32,696 nt of DNA from Macrostomum lignano (lineage: Eukaryota), in contig NIVC01004871.1 of NCBI GenBank assembly GCA_002269645.1, positions 1 to 32,696 of the forward strand. Reading direction: 5' to 3'. The translations under genes were made by a program, and so were the position numbers. The notes below the pieces were generated by a model. That model was not told the DNA's origin. It made no database searches and saw nothing but the letters and a program-made list of their open reading frames with translations. Shown one piece after another: positions 1-11,362 of the stretch; positions within the stretch are counted from its first letter, which is position 1; the number at the start of each line of letters is the position of its first letter.

Positions 1-87
1 TATTCCGCACGTTATTCCGCACATTATTCCGCACGTTATTCAGCACTTTATTCCGCACATTTTTCGCATGTTATTAGGCATTTTTCC
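1..87. repeat. 12-bp minisatellite (GCACGTTATTCC)n, truncated by the window edge; reverse complement of the array at 935-1292
   Basis: tattccgcacgttattccgcacattattccgcacgttatt...; degenerates by about position 87. Confidence 0.85.
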
Positions 88-934
88 ACGATGTCCTGTA
101 TAAGATTTACAAGTATATTTTTCCATTTGATACATTTTAAATGTAAAGCAAAAGCCTAATGTACATGAGCTTGTCGTTATATTTTCCTGGATTACGCGAG
201 TTGAGTGCATGTACATGGCATTCGTAAAATTATAATTGACTGCAACAGAGTACTGTAGTTGCAGAGTTGTAAGTTGAGTTACAGAGTTGCATGCACAGAG
301 CTGGGGTCGCGGAGAGGTTGAGAAAAGAAGATAAAAGTGACTACTTATCAACATATATTAAATTAATGAAAGAATCACATCATACATGTACAAGGTCACT
401 ACAGGACGCAAAATGAAGTGTTCTTTGATACTGAAAGAAGTTTACGCTTTAACAAATATTATAAGTGCTAACACCAAATAAAAAACTAATGTGTAGTAAG
501 TAAACCGTATTACTGCATTTAGCTAATTTAGCTTTTTTTACAATTATATTTTATGCAGATCGTCATACTTATTAAAAACTATCTATATCTTCACGTTTTT
601 GACGTGGAAATCATGTATGGAACGCGTAAGTTAGACTAGGGGCCTTTTCATATTACCAATTCCAGAACCAGAATCGGTTCGGAATTCCAAGAAAAACAGC
701 AGTATAACTTAAACTCTGTTAATATTTGACTGCCTTAACAAACCTCACTTAGCACAATTTTTCACTTTCTTCTTGGCGATTGTCATTTAATAATAAAAAC
801 TTTATAGCACGTATCTCCCTAGCTCTAGTTATGGAGACTAAAAGTTATACTTCACAAATTGGTTCTGGTTCTAGAACCAGAACAAGCAATATGAAAAAAA
901 CCCTTTGGTGGGAAATATGTTAAAAAAGTAGATG

Positions 935-1292
935 TGCGGACTATTGTGCGGAATAAAAATTCGGAATAGCGTGCGGAATAATATTCGGAATAATGTGCGG
1001 AATAACGTGCGGAATAAAATGCGGAATAACGTGCGGAATAACATGCGGAATAAAATTCGGAATAGTGCGGAATAATATTCGGAATAATGTGCGGAATAAC
1101 GTGCGGAATAACGTGCGGAATAACGTGCGGAATAACATGCGGAATAATATGCGTAATAACGTGCGGAATAAAATGCGGAATAACGTGCGGAATACCGTGC
1201 GGAACAACATGCGGACCATGCGGAATAACTAGCGGAACGTGCGGAATAACGTGCGGAATAACATGCGGAATAACATGCGTAATAACGTGCGG
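935..1292. repeat. 12-bp minisatellite (GGAATAACGTGC)n, about 29 degenerate units
   Basis: Direct reading of gtgcggaataac repeats; explains the spurious 4-aa-periodic ORFs 871-1308, 941-1219, 993-1232 and 1087-1323. Confidence 0.95.
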
Positions 1293-2445
1293 TGTATGTT
1301 ACACTCATGCATTAATAATTTAGCATATTAAGTTTTTTTACTATAGGCCTAGTCATGGTCAACAACTCTAGGCCTAAACTATTGAGTATTGAAAAAAGAA
1401 AAAAGAATTTTATTCAAAATTTGAATTTTATTCAATACAAAATAATTATTAATATTAGGGGCCTACAATATTATAAATAATTAGGCCTACTTGTAAATTT
1501 AAAAATACAACCAACAGGATTAAAAAATCACTATAAGGGTCTACTAAATCCATGAGGAACAAACCACATCATTGATCATTATTTCATTGGTTATGAAATG
1601 ACGATTGACCAATACCAAGCCACGTAACTTTAATTTTACTATATACACTGCACTGCATTGATGACTGCAGATTCTGCATTTTACTACTCTTACTTCTTCA
1701 AGTCAAGTTATGCGGTTAGCAGTATGGAGCAATTCAAAAATGTATTGAATACCCAGTCAATAGACAACCAGTTTTTCCTACACACTACATGATGATGTAT
1801 AGCGATAGAACAATGCGATTTTAGACAGCGCGACTAACCGCGTCCAAAACACCGCATTAAAATGTAGCTAAACACAGATTCAGCGTAGATTTCAATGCGA
1901 AATTAACTGGAAAATTTCCTGCAATTTAATTATTTTTTTATAAACCTATTCAGTAATTGCTTAAAGTGAAACTTCCAGCGGTAAATTATTTTGATATAAA
2001 ACATGCATGCTTATAACGACCTTAAAAGACTGATTCCATTTTCAGGGATTCTTTGCATACACATGTATACTATATTATCCTGCAAAGTTGTCATTTGTCA
2101 AGTGTATGCTTTATATGGAGTTTAAAAGTAGGATTACCAAGCCATTTTTGCGCCCGTCGGTCGAACTACAAAGAGGGTAGTTCCTGACAATTTTTTTGCT
2201 GCGCCGTATTAGAGCAATGCAGTCACACGAAATTCATGAACACAGGCTAACTTTTTGTTCCTCACCTTCTCAAACAAGAATCAAGTCGCCAGCCCTCCAG
2301 ACCGTCGAGATATTTGACGATTCTGCCAGAAGGTCGGATTTTTCCCATAAGCGCTAGTGTATTCAGTACACCCCTGTGCGCCAAATAGCACTGCGCCTCA
2401 GTGCAGCCTTGCCAAGTCTCCAAATTTCATCAGCACGTCGACCAA

Positions 2446-4318
2446 ATGTGTCTGCATCAGCTCTGACTTCGTTGGTTACTGGCCTTCACCGAGACGGAGC
2501 TTCTAGACCTTCAACAGGTGGCACCAGGTGACTATGAACACCTTGATGCGAATTTCTCGAGTTTCACCGATCAAGCCTCGACAGTAGGCAAGCCTCAACT
2601 ACCAGACACCCTCAGCTAGTCTCCTGAGCATTCCTTCATCATCCCGACACCGTCGGCACCTTCAACAGGTGGCACCAGGTGACTATGGACACCCTGATGC
2701 GAATTTCTCTATAGTTTCGCCCATCAAGCCTCGACAGTGTGGGCAAGCCCCAACTGCTGGAAATCCTCAGCTATAGTCTCTCAAGCATTTCGTCATCACA
2801 AATCCACTGAAGATCATGCACTTTTTCAGTATCTTAGGCGCCAAAAGTGGCAGGTAGGTGATCGTAAATCAAAGTTCGGCAAGATAACTTGCTACGCAAA
2901 ATATCCCTAAACAGTAATTGTCCTTAAATCAGGAAATTCAGAACCCCAGGCATTAAAAATAAAGCCCACTGCTCACTAGCCTACTATTAGTAAAAGAAAA
3001 GAGATAGGCACTCAATCGCCGGTTCAAAGATCGAAAAAGTGCGTCTTCATTAATAAATAACCCGGCACTGAAATCCCTATAGCTGAGGATTGGAAGAAAC
3101 TCGAGAAAGTAGAGAAGGGAGCTGAGAAAAGACACAAACCTTGAGCGGGCCGGATTGCTATTGTGAATTAGTTTCAAAGGACCCGCGGGCCAGAGTTTGC
3201 CAACCCCTGGTGAAGAACGTGATCTTTGAAGCCAACTGTAACTTGACTGGACTTTGCGTCAAACTTTTTATACATGTTTTCTTTCTTGGTGTGTTTCCTC
3301 AAAACTTTATGGACTCAAACGCATACCTTTTATTCGTAAAGACTGTTTTTTCACCGTTAATACTGATGTCTGCAATCTGCTGGATATGCGTTTGGCATAA
3401 ATCCCGAAATTTATGCCATCAAACAGGTCGTGTTAACAAAAGAATCAAAGAATGTTTGATTTTTCGTACGTAAAATAATAAATTAACATAAGAATCCTAT
3501 TTTTCTGAACGAAAATCTTTATAAATATCGATAGAGCAAGAAGAAAGGCACAACATATCAAAAGATGAACACTGGATCTGCCTCCAATCAAAAGCAATAA
3601 CAATTTTTGTGCTGAAAAAATGAAAAATCCCTATCTCCCTAGTGTATTTTTTCGGGAAAACCTGCTTTCTAAAATTTTTCTAAGAAACGAGGTTTCCCGT
3701 CCTACTACTTATGTCGTCCTTGAGTGGAAGTCGTCGATTTTGGGTTATATTTTATATTTTTCGGAAGTTGACTGCTCTAAAAAATCTGCAGTGGTTTACT
3801 TACTGTCTTTGAAGCGTTGTAAATATAAATGGAGTTTATCCCACATTGGCCTTTTTCGATACTTGTGCATTGAATGTTGCGCTTTATAAATACGAGTAAG
3901 TGCGGAGTAAGTGTTAAATGCGGCAGATTTTGGCCCACTTTATCAAGGCTTTTACCGGAGAAGCCTTAACTCAACTGTTGGGTCTCGTCGATAACTAATT
4001 CCGCTCACGCCCTTTGAAATCATGTGTCTGCATCAGCTCTGACTTCGTTTGTCACTGACTTTCACCCAGGCGGAGCTTCTGGACCTTCAACAGGTAGCAC
4101 CAGGTGACTATGGACCCGCTGTTGCAAATTTCTCGAGGTTCGCTGATCAAGCCTCGACAGAAGGAAAATCACACAACTGCTGGACATCTTCAGTTAGTCT
4201 CTCTAGCATGGAGATCCTGTTGCAACTACATGCATGTCAGGCTTTTGTTATCAAGCTTCAATAATGGGTAAGCCTCAGCTGCTTGGTATCCTCAACTAGC
4301 TTCTCAAGCATTCGGTCG
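2446..4318 (+). repeat. Dispersed about 185-bp direct repeat, 2 full and 2 partial copies (2446-2634, 2656-2795, 4022-4207, 4262-4318)
   Basis: Shared core tgtgtctgcatcagctctgacttcgtt...ccttcaacaggt(g/a)gcaccaggtgactatg...tcaagcctcgacag. Confidence 0.85.
3466..3723 (+). repeat. Solo arm of the TIR element at 26232-26959
   Basis: aagaaaggcacaacatatcaaaagatgaacactggatctgcc...gtcgtccttgag matches 26704-26960. Confidence 0.85.
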
Positions 4319-5154
4319 TTATTCCGTGGGAAAAATGGAAAAAAATCCTAACTTCTGGCAGAATCGTCGAATATTTCGACGTTCCCATGGGCTGTCGACT
4401 TGATTCTTGTTTGAGAAGGTGTACAACAAAAAGTCAGCCCGTGTTCTTGAATTTCGTGAGCTGCAGCGTTGCTCCGTTCCGGTGCAGCAAAAAACAGACT
4501 GGCTCAGCTGGGTCCTAATCACCTGTTTCATGCTCCCTGCCCCCCCATGCATGGTTTAGCTACATATTTTGAGCGGCTTTCGGGTGTTCACATGTGCAGA
4601 TAGCTGGCCAAATGCTATAGGCTATGGTAGCTGTGCGCACAAACGCAGAGTTAGATTCTCACCCCAAGGCAGTAAACTGCGCTTTTGATCAATCTAGCCT
4701 AAATTACAGCTATGGATTAATATACGCAAACATCTGCGACCACAGAACTGCACACCACAGCACTGCAAAAGCGTACTTCAAGGAACAGCCAGACATAATC
4801 GCTGAACTATAAACAGGAAGCCAAGAAGATTCGGGCTTGGGGTAATTATAATGAATTTGAAATCAATAGGCACTTTTTGGCATTATATTGCCATATTGAA
4901 TTAATAAAGTTGGCGTCGATACATAAATATTGAAAATAACAGTTTTGACAGACGGACAGTTACAGAAATCAGTTAAAAGATATTTATGTTTGGCAAAACA
5001 GGTCACAGAAAACTGAAGCTGTAAAGCAAAAATAAAATATGATCAAAATAAATCGATGCACATCAGTTCGTCCGCAGCGCGGCAGTTAACTCCAGCTGTG
5101 ACTATAATTGCTTGGTTTATAAAGACATTCGTTCTACTTTCAAGCTGTGCTAGA

Positions 5155-7835
5155 TTAGCAATTCATCTTCACACATTGCTCTTCAGTCTTTATTGAGATG
5201 CCGGCCCCGGCCAGCCACACCTGGGTGTGGTACTGCAGTACGTAGCTCGAGTTCCTGAACGCCGCCTTGCAGAGCTCCTCCTCGGCTCGTGTGAAGCCGC
5301 CCTTGTCCTTGCAGGCCGGCTCGGTCCTGCCCAGCCAGGTGAACGGATTGAAATACCTCGGCGGAAAGATCGTCAGGTATTTCAGGCCGCGAAATGTGGC
5401 AGGCATTCCGTCAGGTGATTTTCGCTTCCGATTGATGCCCCGCATCAGCAGGTAGGGTCCGGTGGTGTCCTCGGGCGACCCGAACGGTCGCTTCTCCACC
5501 TGTTTGATCAGCTCCATCACGAATGGATGCCCCGGCACGCTGTACATGAAGCTGTTCTCAACCTGGCCTTCGGTCATGTACCTGCAAGATGAGAGGCGTT
5601 GATTTGATGTAATGAGGAATCTAATCGAATCTTTATCAAAAATCAGACCAACTTCAAATTCATCAGTATAGATCATCAAATTGGATCAGGTCATTCCGGA
5701 ACACACCATCAAACTGCATCAGCTCATTCCGGAACACACCATCAAACTGCATCAGCTCATTCCAAAACACACCATCAAACTCCATCAGGTTATCCCGGGA
5801 CATACCATCAAACTGCATCAGCTCAGTCTGGAACACACCATCAAACTGAATCAGCTCATTCCGGAACACACCATCAGACTGCATCAGCATAGCTCATTCA
5901 TTATAAGCATCATTTCTCAATGGAGCGTAGACATTGAAGTGGGGCATGGCTCATCTCATTAAACTGCCATTTGCAAAAGGATAATATTTTAATTTTTAAG
6001 CTGACCCCAAATCTGTCTCACGGTGTACTCGCAAGGTCGCAGCTCAATAACCTAGGCCTCTGTAGTTATTTTTGTCAGCCTCAATTTGAAGTCTCATGCC
6101 AAAAAATTACAAGTCCCGGGGCTACAGCCTTGGCTGGAAAGATGCTGGCGTATTTTTAGCGATCTCGCATCGCAGTGGTTAGTTGCTATATGCTGTTATA
6201 CATGTGATCATACGCTTGGCAAGCCTTTTTTCCAAAACAGATTATGTCAAAACTCCTAAAAGCATTATTTAACATTATAATTTACATGTAGCTACAGATT
6301 GCTATATTAGACCATCAAGTAATTCAAGTTCACACGTTTGCTTCACGAGTTACGGGAGGTATCCGTCACGTGGAACGGGAGGTATCCATCATAAGGTACG
6401 GGAGGTATCCGTCACGTGGAACGGGAGGTATCCATCATAAGGTACGGGAGGTATCCATCATAAGGTACGGGAGGTATCCATCACGAGATACGGGAGGTAT
6501 CCATCATGAGGTACGAGAGGTATCCATCATGAGGTATGGGAGGTATCAATCACGAGGTATGGGAGGTATCCATCATGAGGTACGGGAGGTATCCATCATG
6601 AGGCACGGGAGGTATCCATCATGAGGTACGGTAGGTATCCATCATGAGGTACGGTAGGTATCCATCATGAGGTATGGGAGGTATCCATCATAAGGTACGG
6701 GAGGTATCCATCATGAGGTACGGGAGGTATCCATCACGAGGTACGGGAGGTATCCATCATGAGGTACGGGAGGTATCCATCATGAGGTACGGGAGGTATC
6801 CATCATGAGGTACGGTAGGTATCCATCATGAGGTACGGGAGGTATCCATCATGAAGTACGGGAGGTATCAATCACGAGGTATGGGAGGTATCCATCACGA
6901 GGTACGGGAGGTATCCATCATGAGGTACGGGAGGTATCCATCATGAGGTACGGGAGGTATCCATCATGAGGTACGGGAGGTATCCATCATGAGGTACGGG
7001 AGGTATCAATCATGAGGTACGCGAGGTATCCATCACGAGCACGCAACACCGTAGGACAGGTTGAGACAGGTCAATCTGGAGATCAGCGCGCATGTCTAAC
7101 TACAATATTAAACTACATGAAAGCGATCCAAAGACTCTTTAGCCCCTATTAAGTCGGCGAATGCAAACTTCCGCCAATCAAAGGGTTAGTTTACCTGTCG
7201 TCTTCTGGCCCTGTCGAGTGGCCTGCCATTGCGCCGAACGCCAGACTCACGTTGACGAACAGGTGACCGAACGGGTTCAGACACTCGCAGTCCAGGTCAC
7301 AGTAAGCTCCGCCATACTTGTACATGTACAGCAAGCGGGACACATCCGCCTTCTGCACTGGCTGATGAAGCTTCTTGTAGGTTGGCAGAAACCACGCAAA
7401 GTGCTTGGCAACGAGTTTCTCGTTGTCCTCATCTGTCCACAGCCGCCGCTGCCAGTCGGGCAAGCACTGGGAGAAGCTCTCCGACCAGCGCTGAAATCGC
7501 GGCGGCAGCTTTGACGTCTTCCACGACTGATGAAAAATTCGCACAACACCGTCTGCGCCGACCTTTGCTTCAAGGTCGACTGCGGAACGGCTGACTGCCG
7601 TCACGGAGGCGGCTGCTGCTGCCTCCGTCGGCTGTTGCGTGGCCGCTCTGAGAGCCTGAGAGCCAGCAACTACGACGCCAGCGGCAGGCGCATCAGCGGC
7701 TGCAGATTTTGAACGCGCAGGCGAAGACAAATAGCGCCCGTCGACGAAGCTTACAAACCCAGAGCGGTGCCGTGTGCGGAGCAGCAGCAGAAGCAGGCAG
7801 CAGCTGAACAAGCTGAATGCTGCCGCTTGGAGCAT
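5155..7835 (-). CDS. Glycosyltransferase family 32 (DXD sugar-binding, Gly_transf_sug; SUR1/CSH1/OCH1-like mannosyltransferase type); exons 7835-7195 and 5581-5155, about 355 aa
   Basis: Hydrophobic N-terminal anchor (MLQAAAFSLFSCCLLLLLL), Ala-rich stem, RIFHQSWK, LWTD, KADVSRLLYMYKYGGAYCDLD (DxD), NSFMYSVPGHPF and TTGPYLL motifs. Donor AG|GTAAAC at 7195/7194 and acceptor TTGCAG|G at 5582/5581 join in frame (..EDD-R-YMTE..). Start codon chosen by inference. Confidence 0.88.
5635..5890. repeat. Intronic 33-bp minisatellite (CATTCCGGAACACACCATCAAACTGCATCAGCT), about 6 good units plus degenerate lead-in
   Basis: 11-aa periodicity in ORFs 5663-5890 and 5681-5962. Confidence 0.93.
6348..7038. repeat. 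Intronic 23-bp minisatellite (GAGGTACGGGAGGTATCCATCAT), about 30 units
   Basis: Head-to-tail units with no spacers; 23-aa (3-unit) periodicity in ORF 6370-6624. Confidence 0.95.
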
Positions 7836-8273
7836 GCACAACTTCGCTGATCTCGTGCCTGCCAGAGCTGAGCTATTGTCAAGAAAGTACGCCGAAGACA
7901 GAAAGAAAGTCCAGCAACAGCTTTCGCCACGGGCATGTTGGAATCCAGAGCCTCCGTCCGTCTGCTTTTGTAGGGTAAAATTCCAAGCCGAGAAAGAATG
8001 ACTCTCATTGGCTGGCCCGGGAGTGCTATGCAAACCTAGGATACAAATGAGGTTTCCTGATGGCGATATGCAAACTAAGTACATGTTAGGGCTGAACGCG
8101 CGTCTTTTGTTCATGCGCGAGCTCAGTATGATATTAGGTGTAACAGAAAATGCCCCTGTAGTGTGATCATGCTACAGAAAATTTGGTTGTTTGTTTGTTA
8201 ACTAAAACGTAAAGTACATCAAGTAAATAAATTGATTGATTTTAGAACTTTTCAGCAAACAACAGAAGGGGTT

Positions 8274-8327
8274 TGACGTCACCGGCATCTCGCGATCTGC
8301 CCCGGCTTGGAACGGCGGACCAATCAG
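8274..8327. promoter_or_regulatory. Candidate promoter motifs upstream of the GT32 gene: CRE (TGACGTCA) and CCAAT box (GGACCAATCAG)
   Basis: Exact motif matches at 8274-8281 and 8317-8327 in a GC-richer island about 450 bp upstream of the presumed ATG; motifs this short can be chance. Confidence 0.3.
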
Positions 8328-9776
8328 AAAGCGGCGCGAGCCAGGGCAGAGTGAGCCACAAGTCCAATGTTTGCAGCTTAGAGACCCGGGGCAGGCCAGC
8401 CACCCGACTAACCGGCTTAAGGGGGTCAAGAGTGACTATATAAAACTGGATTTTTTCTTGCTGCCTGACAATTACCCTCCCACCTTCTTTTCCTCGCCTC
8501 TGATACTCCATCGTTACCGCTGGCTGGCGGACCCTGCCCCGGTCCAAAAATTGCATGCTCGCCCGACCGCAATAGTCTTGCTAGCGAAACGTTTCTCGGT
8601 GGGATTGATAGCGTGGTCTAGATAAAAGCTTGTGGTTCAACGTAGTACGCGATTTCTCAATTGAGAATCTCGACGTTTCGCCAGAGGAAAGGTTGTGATA
8701 GGATTTGGTCGGAAAACTTTAAAACTTTGTGCAAATCGAACGATGTGCGTTGTCACACACATTGATGAATTACAAGCTTTAGAGTGTGTCGAGGTGTATA
8801 GTTGCTTATGAGCCACTCGGCTATATTTCTTAATGTACAAACATGGGTAATTACATATTCCGGAACAATATTTGCATAGAGTGGGAAAACTAGAGACATA
8901 AGCCATAAGCCATAAGCAAGCATTTGCTCCCTGGTTGTTCTTGGTAGCGTGTCCATCTCTGACTTGTCCATTCTGTCCGTCGACATAGTCTCTTCTTGTC
9001 CACCGTCTGCTTCCAACAAAGCAACGCCAAGACGATGATCTTCATATTTGCGAGGGTCGGTAGAAAAGTGAAAAATTTACTCCAGATAGACATCATTTCG
9101 GTGATCATTAGTGTAACTACGTCGAGGACTATCAACGGGCACGACCCGTATAAGTTAATAAGATGCATTTTACACATTTGAAGCTTCGTCCAGAATAGTG
9201 TTTTTAGAATTTGTTGTCTAAACTTCTGAGACCACTCTGGTCCATCCGTTCCATTTTTCTGTTTAGATTAGAAACAACTCGCACAGTTCCTGACACGAAT
9301 ATAGACAGGCATTATCAAACGTATGATGCGATGATTGACTGTACCACAGTAAATAATGTGAAAGTGATAGTCTATATAAACAACCACACTTTATAACAAA
9401 GAAACATAATCCTTAACCTGCGAGCGGAAAAGCAGAATTACAAAATTGTGCAAGCTGCTCCAAGTATCGACCCTGGCACCAGGTTTTTACACGTTAAAAA
9501 AATTCCGGAGTTTTGATTCAACGTGCTAGTGGTTAACTCTCAATTATTTCAAAGATCTGCACGCTGCAGTCTAGCTACGTTGATTTTGGTTTCGTGTCGG
9601 CTATTTTCAAACTCAGTCTTTGCTATTTGTTATGCGTTTATGACAGGATTAAAGTTTATAATTAATAATAACAGGCAACATGCCACAAGCTTTAAGTCGT
9701 TTGTTTGATTAGTCCCACAGGAAAGAGACTCCAATCGATTCATATATGAGTACTCGACTCAACCTGCCCCTCGAGT

Positions 9777-10987
9777 ACTCGCCAACCATCTACATTTTGG
9801 TTTAAATTGTTTTGTGGATATTTACTATACGACAAAATATTTCAATGGCACCAAAATTTTTGCACACCATTTTGATACAGTATAATGCAGGGACTACTCA
9901 ATACTCAGGACGGGAAACGACAAAATTCGGAGGCTGATCTATTAATAAGTTAGTCCTCAAAAAGCATTAATTCGATAGGTTCTACCTTGTAGTCAGTGAG
10001 TTTGTGTCTGTGGCAAAAACCTATCCAATTAATAGGCCTCCAGGTTTTTTCGTTTCCCGTCCCGAGTATTGAGTAGTCCGTGGTACAATGGATAAATAAT
10101 CAGCGGTCCCAGTGCGTAAACAACGATTGTCTGGCGAGCGCCGGTAGACGCGAGCCATAGACAAATCGTTGTCACGTGCTGCGACCGCTGATTCTTTGCA
10201 TTGTTTTTCTGTTTGACGATCCTACAGACAATGCATTGTTTGTAGTAATTTATTGTTCTGCATTAAAAATGTGAATAATGATTGTCAAATTGCTAAACAA
10301 TGTAAAGTGGAATTACACTTCAGTTCAGCAACTAGAGCGCGCCGTATATATAATGTAAATTTGAATGCACTTTTGACCAGCAACTACGACTAACTGAAAA
10401 TCAAGCTAACATGGAAAACTGGCTGAAGTAGTCCTGCAAAAGTATCTCGTACCGTTTCCTTCATTGTTTAGCAATTTGACGATCATTATTCACATTTTTA
10501 ATGCAGAACAATCCATTACTACAAACAATGCATTGTCTGTAGGATCGTCAAACAGAAAAACAATGCAAAGAATCAGCGGTCGCAGCACGTGACAACGATT
10601 TGTCTATGGCTCGCGTCTACCGGCGCTCGCCAGACAATCGTTGTTTACGCACTGGGACCGCTGATTATTTATCCATTGTACCACGGACTACTCAATACTC
10701 GGGACGGGAAACGAAAAAACCTGGAGGCCTATTAATTGGATAGGTTTTTGCCACAGACACAAACTCACTGACTACAAGGTAGAACCTATCGAATTAATGC
10801 TTTTTGAGGACTAACTTATTAATAGATCAGCCTCCGAATTTTGTAGTTTCCCGTCCTGAGTATTGAGTAGTCCCTGCATTATGCTGTATCAAAATGGTGT
10901 GCAAAAATTTTGGTGCCATTGAAATATTTTGTCGTATAGTAAATATCCACAAAACAATTTAAACCAAAATGTAGATGGTTGGCGAGT
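9777..10987. repeat. 526-bp near-perfect inverted duplication (arms 9777-10302 / 10462-10987, 159-bp spacer)
   Basis: Base-by-base complementarity about a constant axis; I counted about 5 mismatches. Confidence 0.95.
9888..10082 (+). mobile_element. 195-bp hAT-type MITE (inverted copy at 10682-10876; right end only at 10990-11025)
   Basis: About 35-bp TIR CAGGGACTACTCAATACTC(A/G)GGACGGGAAACG; 8-bp flanks gtataatg / gtacaatg (7 of 8 match), TSD length typical of hAT. Confidence 0.75.
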
Positions 10988-10989
10988 TT

Positions 10990-11362
10990 TTATCGTTTCC
11001 CGTCCCGAGTATTGAGAAGTCCGTGGTGTAATGGATAAATAATCAGCGGTCCCAGAGCGTGACAACGATTGTCTGGCGAGCGCCGGTAGAGCGCCGCCGG
11101 TATTGTTTGACGATCCTAAAAACAATGCATTGTTTGTAGAAATGTATTGTTCTGCATAAAAAATGCGAATAACGATCGCCAAATTGCTAAACAATGAAGG
11201 AAACGGTACGAGATACGTTTTTGCAGGACTACTTCAGCCAGTTTTCCATGTCAGTTTGATTTTCAGTTAGTCGTAGTTGCTGGTCAAAAGTGCATTCAAA
11301 TTTACATTATATATACGGCGCGCTCTAGTTGCTGAACTGAAGTGTAATTCCACTTTACATTG
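10990..11362 (+). repeat. Older, diverged copy of part of the inverted-repeat arm followed by the spacer in the opposite orientation
   Basis: 10990-11196 resembles 10050-10302 with an internal deletion; 11197-11362 is the reverse complement of 10298-10461. Confidence 0.9.

Larger units (their letters stand above)
2192..4494. mobile_element. Putative non-autonomous TIR element of about 2.3 kb with about 155-bp inverted arms (2192-2348 / 4338-4494)
   Basis: Left arm ...caccttctcaaacaagaatcaagtcg...gacgattctgccagaag aligns with the reverse complement of 4338-4494 at roughly 80% by eye; no TSD or transposase identified. Confidence 0.55.

Noticed and set aside
871-1323. Four overlapping ORFs with periodic peptides
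   Set aside because: Translation artefacts of a stop-free 12-bp minisatellite.
2446-4207. Two 185-bp direct repeats starting TG and ending CA, like a TRIM or LTR pair
   Set aside because: No primer-binding site, polypurine tract or 4-6 bp TSD found; extra partial copies do not fit.
4600-4720. GQ-CY and HPKAV..C..SLN resembling a hAT transposase segment
   Set aside because: Too short and needs frameshifts; not distinguishable from chance without a profile search.
6348-7038. Regular 23-bp array superficially like a CRISPR array
   Set aside because: Units are head-to-tail with no unique spacers, no cas genes are present, and it lies in a eukaryotic intron.
8585-8660. tRNA-like A/B box impression (tagcgtggtc...ggttcaacg)
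   Set aside because: No cloverleaf stems and the B box is not canonical.
8753-9177. Two short minus-strand ORFs that could join into a secreted or membrane peptide (MKIIVLALL...)
   Set aside because: No recognisable domain or clear splice signals; joining requires an assumed frameshift.
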